Shown in pieces: positions 1 through 9,626 of a stretch of DNA of 64,000 bases; the first letter of the stretch is position 1; each line of letters begins with the position of its first letter. The DNA comes from Alphaproteobacteria bacterium (GTDB lineage: Bacteria; Pseudomonadota; Alphaproteobacteria; JAXMDU01): assembly GCA_046348645.1 (NCBI GenBank), contig JAXMDU010000004.1, positions 32,645 through 96,644 of the forward strand, written 5' to 3'. Below the pieces are notes generated by a model that searched no databases, was not told the origin of the DNA, and was given only the letters and a program-made list of their open reading frames with translations. Both the position numbers and the translations under genes were made by a program.

Positions 1-693
1 CCGCTGACAAGCGGCTTGCGCAGCATGACCACAGCAGGCCGAGCGCTATGACGGCGCCCTGGATGCGGCGATCAGAGAATTTCGATGCGCAGGGTCGCTC
101 GGTCGCCTTCGCGCAGGCGAACGCCGAACAGCGCCGCACCTTGGCTGAAGCGCCACCCTCAACCAGCGTGAACGGCTGTGGTTCCAGATGACCGAAGGGC
201 TGATAGACGACATCAATGGCTCGCTGGAATCGAGCGATACGCGCCACCTGAACGAATACCTGATGCGCCAGCCGCGGGTCGGTCACCGCATGCCATAGCT
301 GGTGGGATCACGCGTGGCGCGGATTTCGCGCTTGCGGGCTGCCGCCCGTAACCAAGCGGCAGGCGCCTGTCTGGCCGCCCAGCGGAATCCTGAAATAGAA
401 CGGCTTCAAACAGAACCGCCTATCTGAGCTTAAAAGGCTCTAGCATTTGCGTGCCTGGTCAAGATTCACCGGCAGGAATTTGGACAACAGCGGCCAGAGG
501 CGTGCGCTACCACCCGGCGAAGGGGCGCCGTTCGCGGAACCGCAGCTTGTCATGTCGGCGCGTTCCAGGCCTGAAAACACGCTGCTGACAGAAAAGGAGG
601 AAACACCGGCTACGCGCTGCCAAGAAAAAACCGCTTCGCGTCGTGTCAAAAAGCAAGGCGAAACCGAAATCGCTGCGCGTCGTTTCGCGCCGG

Positions 694-1374
694 ATGAGCG
701 CCGAGGAATGGAAGGTTCGATGCGATCTTGCCGCCTGCGCTCGGCTGGCCGATCTGTATGGCATGTCGGACATGGCGGGCACGCATGCCGGCCGGGTGCC
801 CGGACCCGAGGATCATTTCCTGGTCAATCCGTTCGGGTTCCTTTTCGACGAAATCACCGCATCGTCACTGATCAAGGTCGACGCCTGCACGGCAAGGTGG
901 TGGACGGCGATCAGGGCCAGCTCAACCCCGCCGCTGCGTCATTCACAGCGCCATTCCGCATGGCGCGGCTTCGAACAAATCTGCGTGATGCATACCGCGA
1001 ACGCAACAAGCCGATCGCCATGCGAAGGACTGCTGCCCCTGAGCCAAGGAAGGCCCTGCTGATGTGGGACTTCGTGCGCTACCGCGACTATGAAGCGCAG
1101 CTTTGAACCTGGACGAGCGCGAGCGAATCGTGCGCGATGCGGGCGAAGAGGGCGGGCCATCGTCCACCGCAACCATGGCGCGCTTACCCATGGCCGCACC
1201 GTGGGCGAGGCCTTCTGCTGGATGTATCGCCTGGAAGCGGCTCTATCGCTATCAGGTGGGGCGGCCTGGCGGGCGGACGCGAGCTTAGCGGATGTCGGAC
1301 GAGACCTGCAGTACACCGCCGGCCAAGGGCGCAAGCTGCTGGGTCCGGGCGGCGTTGCCGATGCGGCACCTTGA
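694..1374 (+). pseudogene. class II aldolase/adducin-family gene disrupted by several frameshifts
   Basis: Aldolase-II-like segments are split over three + frames (ORF 643-1062: GMSDMAGTHAGRV...NPFGFLFDEITASSLIKVD; ORF 447-1106: GKVVDGDQGQLNP; ORF 1090-1374: IVHRNHGALTHGRTVGEAF). No single intact ORF. Confidence 0.4.
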
Positions 1375-1469
1375 GATGGCCGGGGCTGATCCGCAGAAGC
1401 GGGCCAGGACACAGGCGCAACCTATGCTGATCTGGTTGCTCCGCCGGGATGGGACGATCCTGGCTGTTC

Positions 1470-2617
1470 GCCTGCATCCAGTCCGCCAGGCGACCGAGAA
1501 GAGAGCCGCGCAGGCCTCGACCTGCCCGATCTCGTCGATGTATTCGTTCGGTGACCAGGCCTGGTCGATGCTGCCCGGACCGCGGGCGACGGCAGGAAGT
1601 CCCGCCTCCTGGAACAGCCCAGCCTCGGTGGCGAAAGCGACCGCCCCGCGGCGTTGAGACCAGGTCAGATGGCGGACCAGGGTTTCAGCCGGCATTCGGC
1701 GCCTGGCCACGGGGAGCGGCGGCCTGATCGGCGGTTTCGATCCCGGCATCGGGCGCCACCTGGCGCAGCGCGGGCAGGACCGCCTCGTTCGCGAAACGAT
1801 TGAATCGCGCCAGGATGTCTTCGGCATCGGCGGTCGGCAGGGGCCGAAATTCCCAGTGGAAGCTGCATTGGCGCGGGACGATGTTGACCGCCGTCCCGCC
1901 GCGCACAAGCCCGACATTGACCGTTGTGTGGGGCGGATCAAAGGTCGGATCAAAAGGGCCGCGCTGGCGGAGATCGTCACCAAGCCGGTCCAGGAATGCG
2001 ATCAATTTCGCGGCGGCAAAGACCGCGCTGGCGGCACGACCCGGCGCCGAGGAATGTCCCTCCAGGCCTGTGACCGTGGTCGCAAAGCCGTAAACGCCCT
2101 TGTGGGCATTGGCGATCTTCATCTCGGTCGGCTCGCCGACGATGACCAGCCTGGGTCGCGGCAGTTCGCGCATCAGGCGATGGATCAGGGATGGCACCCC
2201 TGGCAGCCCAGTTCCTCGTCGAACGACAGGGCGAAGTGAAGCGGTGTACCCAGTGGCCGCAGCCAGGAACCGCGGCACCATCGCCAGCGCCGTTCCGATG
2301 AAGCCTTTCATGTCGGCGGTGCCGCATCGCCATGTACCCATGCGCGTTCAGCTTCGCCGAAGGGATCGCCGTCCCAGGGCTGGCCCGCCACCGGCGACAT
2401 CGACCGTATCCCGACGCTGGTACCTTGGCCCATCCAGCGACCAGGCCTGGCGCAGAAGATGGCCTTGTCGCCGGCCGGGTTGCGATCCAGCACCATGCGC
2501 GCGCCGAAGCGCGCCGGTGTTCTGAGCGAATTCCTCGATCAGTGCCGGGTTGGAATTGGCAGACGTCGTATCGAACGCGACCTGATCGCTGATCATCGAT
2601 TGAGGCGTGTCGCTCAC
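1470..2617 (-). pseudogene. M20 peptidase / acetylornithine deacetylase (ArgE)-like gene with multiple frameshifts
   Basis: ArgE/M20-like blocks lie in four different minus frames: 2348-2617 (N-terminus), 2308-2496 (PWDGDPF), 1685-2341 (GTADMKGFIG...NVGLVRGGTAVNIVP), 1285-1983 (GPGSIDQAWSPNEYI). End coordinates approximate. Confidence 0.45.
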
Positions 2618-2705
2618 GCTTTGGCCCTGCCCGCGACTTTGCCCTGCCTACAGCTTTGCCTTGTCTACAACTCTGCCCCGGCCGCGACGACCCGGCTTCC
2701 ACTGA

Positions 2706-3330
2706 TCAGACGTTCTGCAGCGTGCCGCCCGAAAGATTGCCGAGCATCGCCAGCAATTCGCGCCGCGTCGCCTGATCATCGCGGAAGGCGCCCAGCATGC
2801 GGCTGGTCACCATGGTGACGCCCGGCCGATGCACGCCGCGGGTGGTCATGCACTGGTGTGCGGCCTCGATGACGACGCCGACCCCTTTCGGCTGCAGCAC
2901 CTGATCGACCACGTTGGCGATCTGTGCCGTCATCTTTTCCTGGATCTGCAGGCGCTTTGCAAAGATATCGACGACCCGGGCCAGCTTGCTGATGCCGACG
3001 ACACGGCTGCGCGGCAGATAGGCGACATGCGCCTTGCCGATGATCGGGGCGAAGTGATGCTGCAGTGGTCAGCCAGGATGTCACGCAGCAGGACGATCTC
3101 GTCGTAGCCGTCCACTTCCTCGAAGGTTCGCTGCAGGATCTCGATCGGGTCTTCGCGATAGCCGGCAAAATATTCGTCATAGGATCGGGCCTTGATCGGG
3201 CGTTGCGCGCAGGCCCTCGCGGTCCGGATCATCGCCGGCATAGCGGATCGGGGTGCACCGCCTTCAACGCCTCGTCGCGGCTTGGCCGTCCGCCATCGCG
3301 CGGGGCCGAAGCGCCACGCATGATCTTCAT
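2706..3330 (-). pseudogene. folE: GTP cyclohydrolase I (FolE) with at least two frameshifts
   Basis: C-terminal frame 2706-2933 gives [17 protein letters not shown]; hand translation upstream gives [18 protein letters not shown] and [17 protein letters not shown] in that frame, but YDEYFAGYREDPIEILQRTFEEVDGYDEIVLLRDI is in another frame (shift near 3065-3075) and DPDREGL..TP in a third (shift near 3190). 5' end approximate. Confidence 0.5.
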
Positions 3331-3922
3331 GTCCCGCTGGTCGGCGCTCATCGCTCAGATCCTGCCTGCCCAGGTCTGCGCAGCGGCCCCTCAATGCACG
3401 CGCCTTGGCACGTGCGGGCAATCGGAAAACGCCTTGTACGCGGACGGAACTGCTCGCCGCTCGCGCTGTGCATCTCGTGGAATCCCTCCATGATCCCCGA
3501 TGGCGACTTGTGACGGCGTTCCGCTTGAATAGCGGAAGGATTCCCCGGCCGCAGGACCGGCTGCTCGCCCACCACGCCGTCGCCCCGCACTTCCTGGACA
3601 TGCCCCTGGCTGTCGGTGATCCGCCAGTAGCGGCGGCGAAGCTGCTGTCCTCATCGCCTCGTTCCGGATCGCCTTCAATGTGATAGGCCCAGACGAAGTA
3701 GTTTGTCGGCTGGCGCCGACTGGTCGGTCAGGTATTCCGGCTCGACCGATACCCGGATCGCCCGTGTCGTTTCCGAATACGACATGTTCGCGTTCTTGCT
3801 GCCCATCGCCTGCCTCGACTTTCGCTGGGAAAGAAACCAACCTTGGGCGCAAACCGGCACTGCCGCCGCACGTGACCATGATAGTCGGGGAACCGGTGTT
3901 GTCCAGGCTCTCGATCCACGCG

Positions 3923-5116
3923 TCACGGGCCGAGGGCCCCGTCCAGGTCGGCGAGGATGTCGTTCACGTCCTCGAGGCCGATCGACAGCCTGACGGTCCC
4001 ATCCGTGATGCCCATGCCGGCTCGTTCCGCGGGCGTCAGGCGCTGATGGGTCGTGGTGGCGGGATGGGTGGCCAGGCTTTTTGCATCGCCCAGGTTGTTG
4101 GAAATGTCGACCAGCGTCAGGCGATCGAGAAAACGGAACGCCGCGTCCTTGCCGCCCGCGAAGTCAAGCACGACGATGTTCGCGAAGTCCCGCATCTGTG
4201 CCTTGGCAAGCGCGTGTTGGGGGTGGCTGGCAAGACCGGGATAAAGAACCCGCGCCAGCCCCGGTCGCCCATCGAGGAACGTGGCGACGCGGCGCGCATT
4301 CTCGCAATGGCGGGCCATGCGCAATGACAGGGTCTCCAGGCCCTTGAGCAGGACCCAGGCGTTGAACGGGCTCATCGCCGGGCCGGTATGGCGCAGGAAC
4401 GGGGTGAGCTCGTCATCGACATATTTGGCCGTGCCCAGCACCGCGCCGCCCAGCACCCGCCCCTGGCCGTCGATGTGCTTGGTTGCTGAATAGACAACGA
4501 TGTCGGCACCCAGTTCGAGTGGCTTCTGCAGCATGGGCGAGGCGAACACGTTGTCGACCACGACCCGCGCGCCGGCCGCGTGGGCCAGATCGGCAACCGC
4601 CCTGAGATCGATGATCTCGAGAGTCGGATTGGACGGCGTTTCCAGAAACACGGCCTTGGTCGGCCGCGACAGGGCCTGGGCCCAGGCGGAACGGTTGGTG
4701 CCATCGACAAAGACGGTCTCGATCCCCCAGCGCGGAAGGATTTCGCCGATGATGAACTGGCACGACCCGAACAGCGCGCGCGCCGCAACGACCCGGTCGC
4801 CGGCCCGCAGCTGGCAGGCAAGGCTGGTGAATACCGCCGCCATGCCGCTTGCGGTTGCCCGGCAGGCTTCGGCGCCTTCAAGCAGGGCAAGCCGATCCTC
4901 GAACATGCGCACGGTGGGATTGGAGAAGCGCGAATAGACGAAGCCGGGCTCCTGATTCTTGAAACAGGCCTCGGCCTGCTCGGCCGAGTCATAGACGAAC
5001 CCCGACGTCAGGAAGAGCCCTTCGCTGGTCTCGCGGAACTGGCTGCGCACGGTACCGCCGCGAACCAGCTTGGTCTCGGGGTTCCAGGTCTTCGGATCTG
5101 CTGGTGGCTTTGTCAT
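3923..5116 (-). CDS. metZ: O-succinylhomoserine sulfhydrylase (PLP-dependent Cys/Met metabolism family)
   Basis: ORF 3923-5158; strong MetZ-like sequence (NPTVRMFEDRLALLEGAEA...SATKHIDGQGR...SPFNAWVLLKGLETLSLRM). Start chosen at internal ATG (MTKPPADPKTW) preceded by GAGGA. Confidence 0.85.
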   Translation of the reverse strand: MTKPPADPKTWNPETKLVRGGTVRSQFRETSEGLFLTSGFVYDSAEQAEACFKNQEPGFVYSRFSNPTVRMFEDRLALLEGAEACRATASGMAAVFTSLACQLRAGDRVVAARALFGSCQFIIGEILPRWGIETVFVDGTNRSAWAQALSRPTKAVFLETPSNPTLEIIDLRAVADLAHAAGARVVVDNVFASPMLQKPLELGADIVVYSATKHIDGQGRVLGGAVLGTAKYVDDELTPFLRHTGPAMSPFNAWVLLKGLETLSLRMARHCENARRVATFLDGRPGLARVLYPGLASHPQHALAKAQMRDFANIVVLDFAGGKDAAFRFLDRLTLVDISNNLGDAKSLATHPATTTHQRLTPAERAGMGITDGTVRLSIGLEDVNDILADLDGALGP

Positions 5117-5245
5117 CACATCGTCCTCACCGCCGACCGGGCCGCGACGCGCCAACAAAAAACCCGCCCACTCACTGTCGGAGCGGCCGGGCGCTACGAC
5201 CTTTTAGCGGGTTGTTTAACGTGGCCGCAAGCCGGTCGGCTCAAA
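5117..5245 (-). promoter_or_regulatory. metZ leader with candidate SAM riboswitch-like element and hairpin plus U6 attenuator
   Basis: Minus-strand leader contains GCUUGC and CUAAAAGG boxes followed by a bulged GC stem ending in GGGCGGG and UUUUUU, then GAGGA and the start codon. metZ leaders in alphaproteobacteria commonly carry SAM-II; not verified by covariance model. Confidence 0.25.
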
Positions 5246-5301
5246 TCACCACGGTGCCGCTCTCATAGGACGCAGCGCCATGGCCGTCAAGCTGCACCCC
5301 A

Positions 5302-6318
5302 TCACGAACAGCGCCCCCCGCCCAGCACGCAGAACTTCGCGCAATGCGGATGGTTGAGCTTGACCGGTGTCGCCGCTTCGGCAAGCGTCGCTCCCATTTC
5401 GAAGCGCGCGTCATAGGGAAGCAGCGTGCAGGCCACGACGGCGGGCCGCTTGGCGCCGATGCGTTTCACGACCATGCGCGAACTGGCGCACATCATCTCG
5501 TCTGGCGAGCGGTTCAGGATGCCCCAGCAGGCCGTCGTGATCTCGGGGACATCGGCGGTCTGCTCCATCTCGGGAAACAGCACCAGGGACTGCGGATTGG
5601 AGGCCTGGATCGGCCACCCTTCGCGCGCGAACAGGCGGCCAAAACCGGCCCGCAGCGATTCGGCCGGTTCGTTCCAGGGCGGTTCGTTCCAGATGGTCCG
5701 TGCGGCAATGGCGACCCGGAACCCGCTGGCAACAAGCCAGCGTACCCCGTCCAGGGTGCGGGCATAGCTGCCATCGCCGCGTTCATGGTCATGGCGTTCG
5801 GCCTCGTAGTGATCGAGGGACACCCGAATCAGGAGACGGTCCTGGAACCGGTTCTTCAGATCAAGCAGCCTGGCCCGGTGGCGTTCCATCGGCCGCATGG
5901 CATTGGTCAGCACCAAGACGCGAAAGCCGCGGGCCAGGGCAAGATCCAGGATCGGCATGATCTCGGGGTTCATGAAGGGCTCGCCACCGGTCAGGCCGAC
6001 TTCCGCCACCGGCAGCCGGTCGCGCGCAATCTCGTCGAGGTAAGCCTGGACCTCGGCGCACGAAATATAGGTAAGGCGGTCGTTGCGCGGGCTCGATTCG
6101 ATATAGCAGCCGCGACAGGCGATATTGCACAACGTGCCGGTGTTGATCCAAAGCGTTTCCAGGGCGCGAAGCGCAACGCTGGCCCTGGTCTCGCCCGTCA
6201 AGGTCTTGTCAGGGTCCTGGAATTTCAAAGGATTCAAGGTTGGACGAAGATCAACTGAAACGTTCATGAAACCACGCCCGGCAGCCAGCGGCTTGATCCG
6301 ACTCATTTGGTGAAGCAT
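5302..6318 (-). CDS. radical SAM / Cys-rich domain protein (ArsS-like)
   Basis: CNIACRGCYIE (CxxxCxxC) radical SAM motif after LETLWINTGTL; Cys-rich C-terminus (HPHCAKFCVLGGGRC). Start could be the internal ATG at about 6267. Confidence 0.65.
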   Translation of the reverse strand: MLHQMSRIKPLAAGRGFMNVSVDLRPTLNPLKFQDPDKTLTGETRASVALRALETLWINTGTLCNIACRGCYIESSPRNDRLTYISCAEVQAYLDEIARDRLPVAEVGLTGGEPFMNPEIMPILDLALARGFRVLVLTNAMRPMERHRARLLDLKNRFQDRLLIRVSLDHYEAERHDHERGDGSYARTLDGVRWLVASGFRVAIAARTIWNEPPWNEPAESLRAGFGRLFAREGWPIQASNPQSLVLFPEMEQTADVPEITTACWGILNRSPDEMMCASSRMVVKRIGAKRPAVVACTLLPYDARFEMGATLAEAATPVKLNHPHCAKFCVLGGGRCS

Positions 6319-6410
6319 ACCCCCAAGGCAAGCCCCTTCCTAGCGTGGCTTCATCATCATGGCGGCGCTTGAGGGGCGTCGGCACTTGATCTAAGAATCG
6401 GGGCCGGGGC

Positions 6411-6484
6411 GCGGGTGTAGTTCAATGGTAGAACATCAGCTTCCCAAGCTGAGAACGTGGGTTCGATTCCCATCACCCGCTCCA
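6411..6484 (+). tRNA. tRNA-Gly (anticodon CCC)
   Basis: 74 nt cloverleaf GCGGGTGTAGTTCAATGGTAGAACATCAGCTTCCCAAGCTGAGAACGTGGGTTCGATTCCCATCACCCGCTCCA: 7-bp acceptor stem, GTTCGATTC T-loop, anticodon loop UUCCCAA, 3' CCA encoded. Confidence 0.9.
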
Positions 6485-6609
6485 ATCCGGCTGCGGTCGA
6501 ACGACATTCGCCGCCGACCCAGCCTGCCCATGCCATCTTTGGCACCGCCGTCCGGGCCGGCGGCACCGCCGTCCGAGCCGGCGAATGAGCCTTGCACAAG
6601 GGGGATTGC

Positions 6610-7629
6610 ATGCATTATCGCCGGCTTGGCCGCAGCGGAATCAGGGTTTCACCGCTCTGCCTGGGCGCCATGATGTTTGGCGGTCCCACCGACGCGCCGA
6701 CCTCGGCCCGGATCATCGCCAAGGCGCGTGACGCGGGGATCAACTTTCTCGACACGGCCAACGCCTATAGCATGGGGGCGTCCGAGGAGATCGTCGGCCG
6801 CAGCATCGCCACGGACCGCGACGCCTGGGTCCTGGCCACCAAGGTGGCCCAGCCCATGGGCAAGGGCATCCATGATCGCGGCCTGTCGCGGAAGCATATC
6901 TGGCAATCGGTCGATGCCAGCCTGCGACGGCTGGGGACCGACTATATCGATATTCTCTATCTGCACCGCGAAGACATCGGAACGCCGCTCGAAGAAACTG
7001 TCATGGCGCTTGGCGACCTGACGCGGCAGGGCAAGATCCGCTATGTCGGCCTATCCAATTTTCGCGCTTGGCGGATGGCAGAAATCTGCGCCATCAGCGA
7101 CCGCCTTGGCGTCGGCCGGCCAGTGGTGTGTCAGCCCTATTACAACCTGCTCAACCGCCAGCCCGAGGTCGAGGTCCTGCCCTGCTGCCACCATTTCGGC
7201 CTGGGGGTCGCACCCTACAGCCCGTTTGCGCGCGGCGTCCTGAGCGGAAAATACCGGCCCGGAGCCGAGCCGGCCACCGGGTCGCGCGCCGGGCGCAAGG
7301 ACAAGCGCATCCTGGAAACCGAGATGCGGACCGAATCTTTTACGATCGCCGAGACGATCATTGCCCATTGCCGGCAGCGCGGCCTGACGCCGGTCCAGTT
7401 CGCGATCAACTGGGTGCTGAACAACGCGTTGATCACGGCCCCCATCGTCGGGCCCCGCACCGAAGAGCAAATGGACGATTACCTGTTGGTGCTCGACGCC
7501 CCCTTCACGGCCGAAGACGAGGCCCTGGTCGACCGCCTGGTCACGACCGGGCACGCCTCGACGCCTGGCTACAACGACCCGCTTTACCCCATCGAGGGCC
7601 GCGTGCCGCGAACCGGGCCGGGTGCCTGA
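6610..7629 (+). CDS. aldo/keto reductase family oxidoreductase
   Basis: YRRLGRSGIRVSPLCLGAMMFGG...INFLDTANAYSMGASEEIVG...YIDILYLHR; start at ATG 6610 after AGGGGGA. Confidence 0.85.
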   Translation: MHYRRLGRSGIRVSPLCLGAMMFGGPTDAPTSARIIAKARDAGINFLDTANAYSMGASEEIVGRSIATDRDAWVLATKVAQPMGKGIHDRGLSRKHIWQSVDASLRRLGTDYIDILYLHREDIGTPLEETVMALGDLTRQGKIRYVGLSNFRAWRMAEICAISDRLGVGRPVVCQPYYNLLNRQPEVEVLPCCHHFGLGVAPYSPFARGVLSGKYRPGAEPATGSRAGRKDKRILETEMRTESFTIAETIIAHCRQRGLTPVQFAINWVLNNALITAPIVGPRTEEQMDDYLLVLDAPFTAEDEALVDRLVTTGHASTPGYNDPLYPIEGRVPRTGPGA

Positions 7630-7702
7630 CCCGCGGCACGGCCGACCGCAATCCGCCGAAAAAAGGACAAGACAACCACAGCACGGACTCTGGGAGGTCA
7701 GC

Positions 7703-8173
7703 ATGGACTTTGCGCGTATCCTGAAGGACTTCACCGCCGCCGCCGAAGTCGGCGACGGCCGCAGCTTTGCCGCCCTGTTCACCGAGGACGGCATTTATGA
7801 AGATGCCTTCTACGGCACGTTCCAGGGCCGTGACGCCATTGCGTCGATGATCAAGGATTCCTTTCATCGCGATGCCGACAATTATCGCTGGCAGATGATC
7901 GACCCGGTCTGCGACGGCCGCACCGGCTATGTGCGCTGGCTGTTCAGCTATACAAGCAAGATGCCGCACAGCGCCGGCCAGCGCGTGGTGATGGATGGTG
8001 TCGGCTGCTTCCAGCTGCGCGACGGCCTGATCGAACGTTACGAAGACGTCGCGCGGATTGGCGAGGCCCTGGTCCAGCTTGGGCTGCCCGCCGACAAGCT
8101 GCACGGCGTGTTCCGCCGCAAGAGCGACGAGATGCTGGCCCTGCCGCATGTTATCCAGCACCTGAAGGGCTGA
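7703..8173 (+). CDS. NTF2-like (SnoaL-like) small protein
   Basis: about 156 aa, start MDFARILKDF after GGGAGG; fold assignment is from general sequence character only. Confidence 0.45.
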   Translation: MDFARILKDFTAAAEVGDGRSFAALFTEDGIYEDAFYGTFQGRDAIASMIKDSFHRDADNYRWQMIDPVCDGRTGYVRWLFSYTSKMPHSAGQRVVMDGVGCFQLRDGLIERYEDVARIGEALVQLGLPADKLHGVFRRKSDEMLALPHVIQHLKG

Positions 8174-8315
8174 CCCGATCAGGACTTCGGCAGGACCTTT
8201 GCCCGAGCGGCGGCCGACCACCCGCGATACCGTCATCGCGGTTGCCATCATGCCGGGCGTGACCATGATGGTCCCGGGCATGCAACCGATCGTCCGGTGA
8301 GGGGAGAACATCACC

Positions 8316-9614
8316 ATGGCTCTGCCACCACGCATCGACTGGTCGACACCGCTTTGGCTGGCCTGCGGCAAGCGCACCCCCTTCGCGCGGGTCGATGGCC
8401 CGTTGAAGGCCTATGACGCCATTGCCCTGTCCGTGCCGGTCGTGCGCGCAATGACCGCAGGCCTGCGTTCGGGAGAATCACCCGATCTTGCGATCTGGGG
8501 CACGGTCGCACCCAATCTTGCCTACAGCAACATCGCCCGCGAGGTGTGGCTGGATGCCGGCCTTGATCCGCGCGTGCCGGCGTTCTCGACGGTGATGGCC
8601 TGTGCAACCAGCATGGCCGCCGCCTTTGCCGCGGCGGGGATGCTGGCGCAGGGCGCCGGAAGCCTGGCGCTGGTCGGCGGCGTCGAGACCATGAGCCGGG
8701 TCCAGGCGGGACTGGGCCAGAACCTGTCCGATGGGCTGCGCCGCGCCGCCCAGGCGCGCGGCTGGGGCGGGCGCATCAATGCCCTGCGCGCACTGCGGCT
8801 GGCCGATATCCGTCTCCAGGTCCAAAGCGTCAAGAACCGGACCACCGGCCTCAGCATGGGCGAGCATTGCGAGGAGATGGCCAAGACCTGGTCCATTCCG
8901 CGCGACGCGCAGGACGACATCGCGCTGGCCAGCCATCGCCATGCCATCGCAGCCCAGGAGCGCGGCTTCTTCGACGATCTGATCGTCGCGGTCGAGACGG
9001 TCGATCGGGACCCGCTGCCGCGGCGCGACACAAGCCGCGAGCGGCTGGCTGCCCTGAAGCCGGTTTTCGACCGCACCAGCGGCAAGGGCACGATCACGGC
9101 TGGCAACGCCTCGCCGCTCACCGACGGCGCCGCCGGGCTATGGGTCGCGACCGAGAGCGGTCTTGCGCGTCTTCCCGATTCCATTCCCCGGGTCCGGCTG
9201 CTGGATTGGGAGTTTGCCGCCGTCGACCTGAAGAACGAGGGGTTGCTGATGGCGCCGGCCTATGCCATCCCGCGCCTGCTGAATCGCCATGGCCTGGGCC
9301 ATGGCGATATCGCGTTGTGGGAAATCCACGAAGCCTTTGCGGCCCAGGTGCTTTGCAATCTGCGGGCGATCGAAAGCCCCGAATTCCTGCGCGATCGGGC
9401 CGGGGTCCTGGCGACACCCGCCGAGGTCCCGCGCGAGCGGATCAACCCCAATGGCGGCAGTATCGCCCTTGGGCATCCGTTCGGCGCAACGGGGGCGCGC
9501 ATTCTAAGCCAGGCGGTTCAAGCCCTGGCAACGATGCCATCCGGAAGCCGGGCCATCGTCAGCGTCTGCGCGGATGGCGGTCTGGGTGCCGTCGCCCTGC
9601 TGGTGCGACCGTGA
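8316..9614 (+). CDS. thiolase family acetyl-CoA C-acyltransferase
   Basis: RTPFARVDG N-terminus, active-site Cys context MACATSM, C-terminal GHPFGATGARIL; RBS GAGGGGAGA. Confidence 0.8.
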   Translation: MALPPRIDWSTPLWLACGKRTPFARVDGPLKAYDAIALSVPVVRAMTAGLRSGESPDLAIWGTVAPNLAYSNIAREVWLDAGLDPRVPAFSTVMACATSMAAAFAAAGMLAQGAGSLALVGGVETMSRVQAGLGQNLSDGLRRAAQARGWGGRINALRALRLADIRLQVQSVKNRTTGLSMGEHCEEMAKTWSIPRDAQDDIALASHRHAIAAQERGFFDDLIVAVETVDRDPLPRRDTSRERLAALKPVFDRTSGKGTITAGNASPLTDGAAGLWVATESGLARLPDSIPRVRLLDWEFAAVDLKNEGLLMAPAYAIPRLLNRHGLGHGDIALWEIHEAFAAQVLCNLRAIESPEFLRDRAGVLATPAEVPRERINPNGGSIALGHPFGATGARILSQAVQALATMPSGSRAIVSVCADGGLGAVALLVRP

Positions 9615-9626
9615 TCGAAACGCGCG

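Noticed and set aside
447-1106. ORF 447-1106 as an intact 219-aa protein
   Set aside because: Only a short middle stretch looks protein-like and matches an aldolase block; the rest is low-complexity, consistent with a composite frame over a frameshifted pseudogene.
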